Below, piece after piece: positions 1 to 9,637 of a DNA stretch of 38,666 nt. Below the pieces are notes generated by a model, which was not told where the DNA came from, made no database searches, and saw nothing but the letters and a program-made list of their open reading frames with translations. This DNA is from a virus (Duplodnaviria; Heunggongvirae; Uroviricota; Caudoviricetes), in IMG/VR virus record IMGVR_UViG_3300045988_147970. The stretch is one strand, 5' to 3'. Every line of letters begins with the position of its first letter. Position 1 is the first letter of the stretch. Position numbers and translations under genes: made by a program.

Positions 1-3
1 CTA

Positions 4-231
4 TTATAAAGAACCTGAGCAGACAGCGGAGAAGTTTGTGCTATATCCTATTTTAGATACGGCCTCTGCGTATGTATAAGCAATGATAGGTTTATTTACC
101 GCTGAGGCTGGATCTTCTAACTGATTAACAGGAGCTGTACCAAATGCGACAATCAACCCAGCACTAACTTGTACTGGAGGAGTTATAGATGTAGCCAGCT
201 CAGATATATAAATACCGTGGCGATATCCCAT
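4..231 (-). CDS. tail sheath protein, 5-prime portion (N-terminal ~67 codons); gene continues at 37350..38666 if the window ends are joined
   Basis: N-terminus MGYRHGIYISE... resembles contractile sheath N-termini. Codons at 31..84 are identical to 38613..38666 and in frame with the sheath ORF at the other end; codons 4..30 (SAVCSGSL-stop) are junction-derived. Confidence 0.5.
   Translation of the reverse strand: MGYRHGIYISELATSITPPVQVSAGLIVAFGTAPVNQLEDPASAVNKPIIAYTYAEAVSKIGYSTNFSAVCSGSL
31..84. repeat. 54-bp exact direct repeat, copy 1 (copy 2 at 38613..38666)
   Basis: Identical 54-mer GAAGTTTGTGCTATATCCTATTTTAGATACGGCCTCTGCGTATGTATAAGCAAT at both ends; flanking bases differ (1..30 versus 38583..38612). 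Confidence 0.85.
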
Positions 232-521
232 TATTTAATCTCCATGATAGAAGAAGAAACTCTAGAGTACATTACATACTCGACACTGGTTTTATCAGAA
301 AGTCTTTTTTCTGCATCTGCAAAATCACTGGTTGCCACAAACAAACACTTTGCACCAGGAATATGTGATATTAATTTTTTACACTCTGGAGATAAACCAT
401 TCTTAAATAGTTTATGCTTCAAAATTGAGAGTTGAGGGATTGTTGGTCCTATATATACAAATGTTTGAGCAACATCTTCCTTCTTTTCTATATCTTCTTT
501 ACTACTTTTCTTATTAGCCAT
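231..521 (-). CDS. hypothetical protein (neck / tail-completion position between head and sheath genes)
   Basis: 96-aa ORF, co-oriented and tightly packed in the structural operon; no recognisable motif. Confidence 0.3.
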   Translation of the reverse strand: MANKKSSKEDIEKKEDVAQTFVYIGPTIPQLSILKHKLFKNGLSPECKKLISHIPGAKCLFVATSDFADAEKRLSDKTSVEYVMYSRVSSSIMEIK

Positions 522-1007
522 TTAGATAAACTCCTGAGACTGAATATTCTGAGGCTTTAATACTAGCCACGTTCCAGTTGCTTCCGTTATCCAATATGGA
601 TATGGTTGATCATCAAACATTCGCCATCTGATATCACCCTGAAAGAGAAATTTCTCTTCAAGTAAAGGCTTCTCCTGAAAATGAAACATCATCCTTTCAA
701 GAAGAGCCATTACCCATTCATATCCAGTATGGTCCTCACAAAAACCACCTAGAAGAAACTTAACCTTAACTTCATCCGTTTCAGGCTGCATTCCTCCTTC
801 CGTGGGCCTGATAATCACATGAGGAAATTCTGGCGGTTTATCTGGAGATGGTTGTGATTTAGGAGGCAAGTACCCTTTAAATATTGTTGGAACAAACAAT
901 TTAATATCGCTGTCTGTTTCATCATAAGGAGGCCCCTGCACTAATAAATCATGGAAAACCTCATGTTCCAACCGATTTTTTATTGCATCTATCAAAAGAT
1001 TAATCAA
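522..1007 (-). CDS. hypothetical structural protein (possible tail terminator / neck protein by position)
   Basis: 161-aa ORF immediately after the FII-like gene and before the sheath gene; synteny only. Confidence 0.35.
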   Translation of the reverse strand: MINLLIDAIKNRLEHEVFHDLLVQGPPYDETDSDIKLFVPTIFKGYLPPKSQPSPDKPPEFPHVIIRPTEGGMQPETDEVKVKFLLGGFCEDHTGYEWVMALLERMMFHFQEKPLLEEKFLFQGDIRWRMFDDQPYPYWITEATGTWLVLKPQNIQSQEFI

Positions 1008-1348
1008 ATCGGCATTCCTCTGTTAGTATTAACAGTGAGAGTTATTTCCAATACACCAACATTATCTGATACTTCATCAATAATATAATTTTTACCGTTG
1101 ATTTTCATTGACTGGTCTTTGACAGGGAGAACAGGAAAATCTTTTCTTGAAACAAATAATATTATTTGCCCCTGATTTATTCCCTCTGCAAACTCAGCAT
1201 ATGAGCGTTTATTCCGCTCATGAATAAGGTCTGTATCAATAACGGCAAGGATATCCTTGCCGTCTATGTTATATGTATCGGCAAACTCTTTTTCATTGAG
1301 GAATATTGCAGAAATATCTTGCGCTATAACCTCTTTGAAGGAGTTCAT
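1004..1348 (-). CDS. head-tail adaptor protein (lambda FII-like, tentative)
   Basis: 114 aa; position after the major capsid gene; loose pattern similarity to phage head-tail joining proteins; overlapping stop/start coupling. Confidence 0.4.
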   Translation of the reverse strand: MNSFKEVIAQDISAIFLNEKEFADTYNIDGKDILAVIDTDLIHERNKRSYAEFAEGINQGQIILFVSRKDFPVLPVKDQSMKINGKNYIIDEVSDNVGVLEITLTVNTNRGMPI

Positions 1349-1740
1349 TACTTCTTATTACCTTTTTTTTGCGTTGATTTTTTCGCATTACTGGTATCAG
1401 AAGTAGCTACAGATTCAGATGAATCATCAGCAACCGTTTCCTCATTGCCGCCATCATCCTCAAACTCAACCTCGAATACACAGCTACCCGCCTCCGTTCG
1501 CGTAATCAACCCCGCGTCCACAGCATCATTAACAGCAGATGCGTATCCATGCTCAAAAGCTAACTTAGCAGCATCATAGCCCCCGGCCGATGCCAAATCA
1601 CCATCCTCTTCGGTGGCAATAGCATGTCCTGACGCAATCAGTTCGGCAATTCTGGAGTTATCCATTAGCCCATTAAGCAAACGGCCCGCTTTTAGCGAGC
1701 CGTGGCTTATCGTATCAATGTTTTTAATCAGTCTGGCCAT
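1348..1740 (-). CDS. hypothetical head-completion protein (occupies the lambda FI position)
   Basis: 130 aa with an acidic C-terminal tail, immediately downstream of the major capsid gene; synteny only. Confidence 0.3.
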   Translation of the reverse strand: MARLIKNIDTISHGSLKAGRLLNGLMDNSRIAELIASGHAIATEEDGDLASAGGYDAAKLAFEHGYASAVNDAVDAGLITRTEAGSCVFEVEFEDDGGNEETVADDSSESVATSDTSNAKKSTQKKGNKK

Positions 1741-2784
1741 TTAAACCACCTTAGCCACCAGATAGGCATCAGCCACACCAGGATTAGGCAGTGGAGATGA
1801 CTTCATGGCAACATAACGGCCAGCCGGCTTACGAGTTACCCAGGTGTCTGGAACTCGTGGTGACTCAACAATCGTTAGAGTCTTTTCGGCGTCATCTACA
1901 AGCTCTACAGCACCATACAGCATCGTTCCTCGACCAGGAGAGCCAAAGAGGATCTTATCTTCCGGTACTAATGGTTCTGGTTTTCCTGTTTTATCATTGC
2001 GAATAAGTTCGTCGTAACCATAAAAATCGACACCTTCAAGATTGCCATAATGAGTTACGCCTTCTTCTAACTCCTTAGGCTCAATATACCCAAGCTCTTT
2101 TCGGCGATTATCAAGATATTTAGTTACTGCTTCATTTTTAACGAAAGCATCAACAACTTTTGCGCCCATTACGGCAACACGAGGTGTAAAACCTGAAGTT
2201 AGTGATACCCGACGTTTCCAGTTGCGAACATTGACCAACGGATCTGATTTTGCAGCACTCCATAAATCATCACCTGTCAGTTCAAGATATGGTTTATCTC
2301 CTTCCTCTTCAGGCCAAAAATAAACTGTGTCATCCACACCTTCACCAACAATATCAACCTGCCCCGTAAACAAGACTTGTGCACACATCCATTCTTCACG
2401 GCGGTTAACCATTTCATCAAGCTCAAGCAAATCTTTACCTAATTGCTCGGCGGCTCGTTCTGCTGGCGATTTTGCGTTGTAAATATTCTCACCCGGAAGC
2501 CTGTTTAAAAGCAGCTCTGCTGTTGTTACCAAATCAGGTGCAACAAGTGGTGGCTCCAGAGTTCTCGTTACAAAGCCGCGTCGCTCAACGGTTTTTGAGC
2601 CAAAACCTTTACCAACAAACGGAGCCATAGTACGGCCACCGCGAACAAAATCCAGATCAACTTTCTTTGTATTAAAGGTCTGAACACCAGGAAAAAAGGT
2701 ACGAAGAAGAAAACGACGAGCCTTGAAATTCTGAATAACAGGCTCAAGCATTGTACGTCGTTCAAAAATATCAATATTCGGCAT
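1741..2784 (-). CDS. major capsid protein, lambda gpE family
   Basis: 347 aa; size, position and sequence pattern consistent with lambda E-type major capsid proteins. Confidence 0.8.
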   Translation of the reverse strand: MPNIDIFERRTMLEPVIQNFKARRFLLRTFFPGVQTFNTKKVDLDFVRGGRTMAPFVGKGFGSKTVERRGFVTRTLEPPLVAPDLVTTAELLLNRLPGENIYNAKSPAERAAEQLGKDLLELDEMVNRREEWMCAQVLFTGQVDIVGEGVDDTVYFWPEEEGDKPYLELTGDDLWSAAKSDPLVNVRNWKRRVSLTSGFTPRVAVMGAKVVDAFVKNEAVTKYLDNRRKELGYIEPKELEEGVTHYGNLEGVDFYGYDELIRNDKTGKPEPLVPEDKILFGSPGRGTMLYGAVELVDDAEKTLTIVESPRVPDTWVTRKPAGRYVAMKSSPLPNPGVADAYLVAKVV

Positions 2785-2804
2785 AAAAATACGACCTCTT
2801 TATA

Positions 2805-3188
2805 TTATGCAGATGGATTTTGTTGTGCGGTGTTAAGGAATATCCCAACCTTCCGGCAAGCCAGATATACATCGGCAATCTTTGCTGATTCAGGAAGGAT
2901 AACCGCATGTGCATTGAACATTCCGGTCAGCCATGCTGTTCCAACTTGCGCTGAATCAGTCGCATCAATACTGTGTTGAGCGATACAATACGGTTCTTTT
3001 GCCACCCCCTCACCAGAGAGATTTATTGGTGCTACAGTGACAACATTTGTTGTCTGATCAATACTGACAAAAGCAAGCAACTCACCTCGATTTACTTTAC
3101 CGCTGGCAAGTTTAATACTTGTTGTAATTGCTGGCATACCACCAGAAATAATCAGATTATCTGGTTCAAATGAAAAAGACTCTCGCAT
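2805..3188 (-). CDS. head decoration protein (lambda gpD-like)
   Basis: 127 aa between the protease/scaffold and major capsid genes, as for lambda D; weak sequence pattern. Confidence 0.55.
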   Translation of the reverse strand: MRESFSFEPDNLIISGGMPAITTSIKLASGKVNRGELLAFVSIDQTTNVVTVAPINLSGEGVAKEPYCIAQHSIDATDSAQVGTAWLTGMFNAHAVILPESAKIADVYLACRKVGIFLNTAQQNPSA

Positions 3189-3197
3189 AAACTCACC

Positions 3198-4286
3198 TTA
3201 ATTTTTATCGCGGTTTTTAAATACTGACCCAATAACATTTTTTACTACTTCAGCTTGTTTATCTCCGTTGTTTTCTGGTTGATTAACATCAACTGAATCA
3301 TTCACCTCATTTGCGTCTTCTTGCCGTTGATTAAGAAAGTTTTTGTTACGCGCTCGCTCTGCATTCATAATTTCCAAAGCAAGTTCAGCCGCAGAAACTC
3401 CCGTTTTGAATTTTGCATTCTTAACCAGGTCGTCATGACCTGGAATCACGCTATTCTCGATTGTTTCAATGCGCTCGCGTTCTGATTTAACGCCCTCGTC
3501 TTTACCAGCATTAAAAACCTGATTGTATAATTCTGGATGTTTATTTTTTAATTCATCAAGAGTCACAACATCGTCCTCATTTTGTTCATTTAATTCAGTA
3601 GATAATTCATTTTTATTTTGTGGCAACTTTGCGAGCGAATCAGGTAATTTTGAAAACCTTGATGCTTCAAAAGTTATTCCATTGAGCGAAAGCATCCCTT
3701 CCTTTATAGAAGCGGATAAGCGCATTGGTTTTTCAACTTCGTCAGCAAATCCAAGCTCTACAGCCTCTTCTGCATTTAGCCATGTTTCCTGATCCATTAG
3801 TTCAATTAATTTATCCTCAGAAAGCCCTGTTTTCTCCTTATATGCAGATAAAATACTATCTCGTATCTTATCCATCATCTCAGCAATATCACGTAGTTCA
3901 TCCGCATCACCAGCAGCAAATGTCCACGGATTATGGATCATCATCATAGCATTAGATGGGATAACAACTTTATCACCTGCCATTGCAATAATGGTTGCAG
4001 CCGATGCAGCAATACCATCAATATAAACAGTAATATTAGCCTTATGACGTTTTAATGAAGAAAGAATAGCTTGAGCAGTAAAAACAGAACCACCATAACT
4101 ATTAATTTTTACGTTGATAGCATTTGATGATATATCCTTTAATTTATTAACTATGTCAGAAGAAGAAACCTCATCAAATTCGCCAATATATCCGTAGATT
4201 AAAAGTTCAGCCGGAGAGTCATCTTCACCCGTGCTATTTTTTATTTCCCACCAATTAGGCATCATCTGTCTCCATATTTTGTTCAT
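3198..4286 (-). CDS. prohead serine protease (ClpP/S49-like) with C-terminal scaffold-like region
   Basis: N-terminal half carries a ClpP/SppA-like motif (SYGGSV...GIAASAATIIAMAGDK); C-terminal half is charged and coiled-coil-like; lies between portal and decoration genes. Confidence 0.7.
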   Translation of the reverse strand: MNKIWRQMMPNWWEIKNSTGEDDSPAELLIYGYIGEFDEVSSSDIVNKLKDISSNAINVKINSYGGSVFTAQAILSSLKRHKANITVYIDGIAASAATIIAMAGDKVVIPSNAMMMIHNPWTFAAGDADELRDIAEMMDKIRDSILSAYKEKTGLSEDKLIELMDQETWLNAEEAVELGFADEVEKPMRLSASIKEGMLSLNGITFEASRFSKLPDSLAKLPQNKNELSTELNEQNEDDVVTLDELKNKHPELYNQVFNAGKDEGVKSERERIETIENSVIPGHDDLVKNAKFKTGVSAAELALEIMNAERARNKNFLNQRQEDANEVNDSVDVNQPENNGDKQAEVVKNVIGSVFKNRDKN

Positions 4287-5829
4287 TTACCTCAGAAACA
4301 GGAGGCGTAATCAGCCCCAACTCACGGCGAGCATTCTCTTCTCTGCCACAAATTTGTGCGGTTTCTTCCCAGTTAAGACCTGACATTTCAGCCGCTTCCT
4401 TTTCACGGGTAGAGAATGTTTCCTCAACACGCAGTTTTGCAGCTTTGACTTCTTTAAGGGGATCTAATTGGCCTTGTGATGGGCCATACCATTGAGCGCC
4501 ACTCCATGCAGCGCGATATTCAGGCCCATAAAAAAAACCAGGGGCAATAACACGACCTTTAGCAACGGCTTCGGCCAACCATTCCTCATAGATCGGTTGG
4601 CAAAATGACTGAACCATCCAGTCACGTCGCATACGGAACATTTTCCAGGCTTCAAGTAATGCGGCCCTGCTTGCGCTATAACTTGCTGTAAAATGCTTTA
4701 CCAAGAGTTCGTAAGGGAGTTCTAAAGCAGCCCCAATTTGACGGCATATGGCGACAACAAAACCATCAAATGCCGTATTTGGTCGCCCGGGATTTGCTGT
4801 ATCTATCGACTCACCTTCACCCAAACTTACTATGGAGCCATTCCCCATTTCTTGGGTGTTATCATCATGGTTATCGATCTGCTCGTACTGAGGGATACCC
4901 GATTCACCGACTGGTCCATCAGGAGCGTCTGTTTTAATAAAGACAGTAAACATCCCTGACACAACCGCAGCAACCAATTCAGCATCGGTGTATCGTCCTA
5001 ACTGCTTCAATGCTTCAATAACAGGAGCAAGGACAGGAACGCCACGACGTTGCCCAGGCCTTTCAAAATCCTGCATGACATGCAGAATATTTCTTCTTCC
5101 TGTTTTACTCCCATATGCGGGAATACGTTCCCACTTGCGGGTTACAAAACCAGAAGTCCCGGCTGGGTGATGTTTTGCAACCCAGTACGCCACAGGCTCG
5201 CTAAATTCACCAACCTCTACGCCACCGTAAAGATTTGGTATAAAACGATCCTCTGGATTGCAAACACGATCACCTTCAATTAAATAGACGCACAAATCAT
5301 ATATAACACCCTTACGCTTAATAACTGGTAGCGCAGCAAATATATCGCCAGATGTTAACGCAGATATTTGGACCAATGATTGCAATTGTCCAAAAGTACA
5401 CATTCTTGATGCATCACAATTTGGAGAATCAGCCCATAATCTAAACTCACGCTCAACATGCTTTTCCCATGCTCGCGCTTCTTCCTGCGTCATCCCCAAG
5501 AAATCGGCATCAATGTTCGCATTTAGTTTTAAACCGGAACCAACAACGTTTGTCCTGATAGTTTTTATTGCGCCAACCGATAGCGGGTTTCCCATGAAGA
5601 GATCACGAGAACGCTCACGCAATTTATCTATATTTTTAACAATATCATCATCAGGAGAACCAGCTTTACTAAACCAACCCCTTAATGATTTTTTATGAGT
5701 GCTTGCACCATGACGTGAATATCCAAGGTTATTAATACCTTCAAGTGCTTCTAACCGTTTTCTTGCCAAAGCTCGATTTAATGCCCTCTGAGGTGAAAAC
5801 GGCGCAATAACTCGATCAAGAATATTCAT
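4255..5829 (-). CDS. portal protein (lambda gpB family)
   Basis: 524 aa, immediately downstream of the gpW-like and large terminase genes; size and pattern typical of lambda-family portals. Confidence 0.8.
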   Translation of the reverse strand: MNILDRVIAPFSPQRALNRALARKRLEALEGINNLGYSRHGASTHKKSLRGWFSKAGSPDDDIVKNIDKLRERSRDLFMGNPLSVGAIKTIRTNVVGSGLKLNANIDADFLGMTQEEARAWEKHVEREFRLWADSPNCDASRMCTFGQLQSLVQISALTSGDIFAALPVIKRKGVIYDLCVYLIEGDRVCNPEDRFIPNLYGGVEVGEFSEPVAYWVAKHHPAGTSGFVTRKWERIPAYGSKTGRRNILHVMQDFERPGQRRGVPVLAPVIEALKQLGRYTDAELVAAVVSGMFTVFIKTDAPDGPVGESGIPQYEQIDNHDDNTQEMGNGSIVSLGEGESIDTANPGRPNTAFDGFVVAICRQIGAALELPYELLVKHFTASYSASRAALLEAWKMFRMRRDWMVQSFCQPIYEEWLAEAVAKGRVIAPGFFYGPEYRAAWSGAQWYGPSQGQLDPLKEVKAAKLRVEETFSTREKEAAEMSGLNWEETAQICGREENARRELGLITPPVSEVNEQNMETDDA

Positions 5830-6065
5830 AAATCTCTTATCACCACTCGTTTAATTCGTGGGCCTCGGCGTATACCTGCTGATAATCTTTCTACTTCATT
5901 ACGCCAGTAATCCATCTCTTTTCTGACTTCTGATAAATCCGCACGAGTTAACTGCCGCGTACCAAATTTATATGACTGACCGCCAATAGCAATAGCGCGA
6001 TATGCTTCCCGCCAGACAGATAACATCTCTCTGGCTTCAGTCAGAGAAAATGCTTCATTGTTCAT
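5826..6065 (-). CDS. head-to-tail joining protein gpW-like
   Basis: 79 aa between large terminase and portal as in lambda; C-terminal RRGP motif shared with lambda gpW. Confidence 0.6.
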   Translation of the reverse strand: MNNEAFSLTEAREMLSVWREAYRAIAIGGQSYKFGTRQLTRADLSEVRKEMDYWRNEVERLSAGIRRGPRIKRVVIRDL

Positions 6066-6076
6066 TTATATTTCCT

Positions 6077-7933
6077 CTATATGGTTACGCCTTTACTTAT
6101 AACTCTACGGCGTCTTCTACGTATACCTGACGAGTTCTGCACATACACATTACCTCGCATTTCCTGTTCGGCAAGCCAGTTAAAATTAGGGTTCAGAATT
6201 TCCATCGCGGCAGTTGCATAGTTACGGCAATCAAGAGGCTCGTTACGCTCGTAGACTTTCACCCACTTTTCTTTTGTCTGCCCATTTTTATATTCAAATA
6301 TTTTCTTCTCTGATAATAATCCTTTAAAGTATTCGGTATCATATCCTCTGTCAGAATCTAATGGGAAATGCATATAACCAGGACCAGGATCATGTAGTTT
6401 AATTCTTGCCATGATGGTCCCTTTACCATCATCAACCCCCAAATTAAACAACATAGCACCCACACGGTTATTATTACTTGGCTTTCCTATAAATGGTAAA
6501 CCTACCCCACCACGCCCCCTGATAGAGTATATTCGCCTTGATTCTCTCGGCTTAGTAAAGCGATATACCTCTGTCGTAAAATGCCCACCAGAGTCAATAC
6601 AAACGGAAGAAATCTGTAATTTTCGACCGTCACGGAATGACCAGCTACGGAGTAAGTATTCATCAAGTTGTTTCCAGACAACATCTTGTGCGGGATCACC
6701 TGGGAATATTTTATATTCTATCCCCCATGACTCCTTACCTTTTCCCCAACCGACCAATTCACAAACTAAATACGTGTCCTGTACGTCAACACCAGCACTT
6801 AACAATAAAACATCATCTGGTAAAAACTCTTCAAACCTTATTCTGCGTTGCAACAAGTATTCAGGATCGATATCGTCTTTAGCATCCTCTTTCCATGGCT
6901 CACCCAGCTTAAGGTTAATAAACTCCATTAATCCATTTTTATCGCGGTTTCTGGTTGCTTCCGTAAATTCTTCAACCAGCTCTGACAATGCAACCCACGG
7001 GGAGTAAAGACTGTTAATATGAAAACCAACAATACCTTTAACTCCAGTATGTTCAGCTATCCATACCCCCTTCGCCAACCAATCAACGTCTGGTTTACCA
7101 GATCCGCGCATAATCCCGCCGCACTCACAGCACTCATATCTGGCCGTTTCCGGTAACGCCTCACCTGAATCGCTCTTATCCCATCTGACTTGCGACCATT
7201 TCATCACCTGCATGGTGCCACAACATGGGCAAGGAACATGGTAGTAACGCTGATCGGAGAGCTTAAACCACTTGTGGATTTTGCTCGTTTCCTCCAAAAC
7301 AGGAGTAGAAACAAAAACTTTCTTACGATTATGAAAGTTGGTAGTACGCTGAATACCTAGTTTTAGTGGGTCGCCCTCCTGCGTCACACCGTAACGATCA
7401 ATCTCATCAGCTAACAGTATTCGAATTGGCCTGGATGCAAGACCTGCTGGGGAATTAGCACCAACAAGTGCTATATATCCACCAGCGTAATGCTTCATAC
7501 GTATAGTCGTGCTGGACTTTTTGGCTGCACCGCGCCCCTCTTTCCCTTCATGCAGCTTGTGTTTCAAACCAGGGGAATATTTGAACGTCGGATCAATACG
7601 CTCTTTTGAAAAAGCCTCAGCCGCCTCTACCGTTGGATAAATCATCAACTGAGGAGATGGCTCCTGATCTGCAAAGTAACCCATAACATTTAGCTGTAAT
7701 TCGGATTTACCAATTTGCGAGCTACATTGCATCACTACTGTTTCTGTATCAGCGTCACCAATAACATCCATTGGTTCACGCAAATATGGCACTCGGCTTG
7801 TACGCCACGGCCCTGGCTCTGGAGACGTTCCCGGCGCTACATGACGATACTTATCAGCCCATTCGGAAACAGTTAGCCGTGATTTAGGGCGAAGCGCACG
7901 GAAAAAAGCGGTGCTCCATACTGTTTCGCCCAT
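6077..7933 (-). CDS. terminase large subunit (lambda gpA family)
   Basis: 618 aa; N-terminal TVSEWADKYRHV resembles lambda gpA AVEWADANYYLP; Cys-rich CPCCG motif aligns with gpA CPHCG. Confidence 0.85.
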   Translation of the reverse strand: MGETVWSTAFFRALRPKSRLTVSEWADKYRHVAPGTSPEPGPWRTSRVPYLREPMDVIGDADTETVVMQCSSQIGKSELQLNVMGYFADQEPSPQLMIYPTVEAAEAFSKERIDPTFKYSPGLKHKLHEGKEGRGAAKKSSTTIRMKHYAGGYIALVGANSPAGLASRPIRILLADEIDRYGVTQEGDPLKLGIQRTTNFHNRKKVFVSTPVLEETSKIHKWFKLSDQRYYHVPCPCCGTMQVMKWSQVRWDKSDSGEALPETARYECCECGGIMRGSGKPDVDWLAKGVWIAEHTGVKGIVGFHINSLYSPWVALSELVEEFTEATRNRDKNGLMEFINLKLGEPWKEDAKDDIDPEYLLQRRIRFEEFLPDDVLLLSAGVDVQDTYLVCELVGWGKGKESWGIEYKIFPGDPAQDVVWKQLDEYLLRSWSFRDGRKLQISSVCIDSGGHFTTEVYRFTKPRESRRIYSIRGRGGVGLPFIGKPSNNNRVGAMLFNLGVDDGKGTIMARIKLHDPGPGYMHFPLDSDRGYDTEYFKGLLSEKKIFEYKNGQTKEKWVKVYERNEPLDCRNYATAAMEILNPNFNWLAEQEMRGNVYVQNSSGIRRRRRRVISKGVTI

Positions 7934-7938
7934 GAGGT

Positions 7939-8499
7939 TTATTCTTCCTGCTTAATAAATCGGGATTCCTGGAGCGCCTGAAGCGCAAAATTAATCTCGT
8001 CTTCAATAATGCGTTCGATCTCCCTGGCTGTTTTGCCTTCACAACGGGGAGCTGCTCTTGGAGCAATACTAAATAAGCGGCTACGCAATTCATTAGCTGC
8101 CAGAAATGCATCATCCCTGACCGCATCTTTAGCGATGAGAGAGCCTTCCTTTTCTTCAAATTCAAGGCGTTTCAGCTTTGCCTGATAAATTTTTTCTGCG
8201 GTCTTAGCCTTGTTGAATTGCACCGCAACACCGGAAGTACCACCAGCTAATCCGGCATCATCAGCGGGTAACTCTGGTTGTTCCGAAGATATCCCATGCC
8301 CTCTTTTTCCATTTTCAGCAGATACCTCACGACCAACCTGTCGGCTCGCTTCATAAGCCGCACTGGCTTTATCAAAATCCAGCTTGCCGCTTTTCAGCAC
8401 TGGAATGCGACCGGAACGACAGAGCTTCGTAACCATTGCCGGAGAAATACCTTTCCGGCGAGCAAACTCTGACTTACTGACGATGGCCATTACTTGCAA
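7939..8499 (-). CDS. terminase small subunit (Nu1-like, N-terminal HTH)
   Basis: 186 aa directly upstream of the large terminase; N-terminal helix-turn-helix-like segment (SKSEFARRKGISPAMVTKL). Confidence 0.6.
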   Translation of the reverse strand: MQVMAIVSKSEFARRKGISPAMVTKLCRSGRIPVLKSGKLDFDKASAAYEASRQVGREVSAENGKRGHGISSEQPELPADDAGLAGGTSGVAVQFNKAKTAEKIYQAKLKRLEFEEKEGSLIAKDAVRDDAFLAANELRSRLFSIAPRAAPRCEGKTAREIERIIEDEINFALQALQESRFIKQEE

Positions 8500-9080
8500 C
8501 CATTAGCAAGATACTGAACAAATCCCTCATGCGTTTCATGCGCGTCGTGGTACTGACGATAAACATCCAGCAACAATGCAATTTCCATATCCGTCGCGGG
8601 AATACGTTCTTTATCAATAGCCAGGTACTTAATTTGAACAACAGGGGAAGAATTATCGTCTTCTTCCTGCGGCTGTTCATCGCTTAACATTTCGTCAAGC
8701 TCTGCATCATTAAACCCAAGCAGATCAATATCAAAATCATCATCCATTAACTCTTTGACTTCTTCGGCCAGAAGCTGCATATCCCAGCCAGCATTTAAGG
8801 CCAGCTTGTTATCTGCAATCCTGTAAGCCTTCTTCTGTTTTTCAGAAAGGTTACTCAACCGAATCGCCGGAACTTTATCCATTTCCAGAATTTCGGCTGC
8901 TGCAAGCCGACCATGCCCCGCAATCAGTTCATTCTTTTCATCGATCAGCACAGGATTAGTGAAACCGAACTCACGGATACTGTTCACCAACTGTTCAACC
9001 TGCTCATCTGAATGAGTCCGTGAATTTTTGGCGTATCTGAGCAGCTTACCGACTGGTAAATATTCGATTTTTAGAGCCAT
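8490..9080 (-). CDS. ParB-like nuclease domain (ParB/Srx N-terminal domain) protein
   Basis: 196 aa with ParB N-domain box (LIAGHGRLAAA); stop overlaps the small terminase start; paralog of 11747..12370. Confidence 0.7.
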   Translation of the reverse strand: MALKIEYLPVGKLLRYAKNSRTHSDEQVEQLVNSIREFGFTNPVLIDEKNELIAGHGRLAAAEILEMDKVPAIRLSNLSEKQKKAYRIADNKLALNAGWDMQLLAEEVKELMDDDFDIDLLGFNDAELDEMLSDEQPQEEDDNSSPVVQIKYLAIDKERIPATDMEIALLLDVYRQYHDAHETHEGFVQYLANGCK

Positions 9081-9637
9081 TTTTTAACCGCCATAACACA
9101 ACAGGTTAAAGAAAACTGTTTAACTTATTGATACTAAAAGAGAAAAATGACGATCTTTTTACTCATAAAAAATCACACAAACCAGCATAATCATCTGATT
9201 TTATTAAGTTTTTATAAGTAAAAAGGATCTTGAGATGGTGTTTTGGTTAAAAGATTGGATGTATTTGCATGATTTATAACGATTTTTATCAGAACAACAT
9301 CACATTGGTTAAAGATCTGCGCGTATCTTGATGATCTAAAAGAAAATTTTCTACTTTCTTTTTACCAGCACAAATACAGCAAAAAATCACGTTTTCCCGA
9401 TATTTTTCAATGAGATGAGTAAATTTCTTTTACCGCAACTTTTAACCTAACTTTTTTCACGTTTAGCTAGCCGAACATCGGGGTTCGAATGACCCGCATC
9501 CAACGCTTTTGTCCAGAAGGACCCAATTCTGCCGGACGATGAAACGATGCTCGTGCACCCCCACAGACAGCCAGCGAGCGACGCTACAGAACACAGTGAA
9601 TACACTCTGCATAACAACACCATCAACCACACGATGA

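Noticed and set aside
1-30. First 30 nt as a host-element junction
   Set aside because: Thirty bases are too few to support host origin and they truncate the sheath frame after a perfect repeat; an assembly or extraction artefact is more likely, but this cannot be settled without reads.
6411-7007. 198-aa plus-strand ORF, the largest of many plus-strand ORFs in the track
   Set aside because: It lies antisense inside the large terminase gene, has no RBS or functional motif, and is Ser/Pro-rich like a shadow ORF; the same applies to the other plus-strand ORFs except 22092..22376.
9470-9495. tRNA-like T-loop motif GGTTCGAAT in the intergenic region upstream of the packaging operon
   Set aside because: The flanking bases do not form a T-stem and no acceptor or anticodon stems can be drawn; treated as a chance match.
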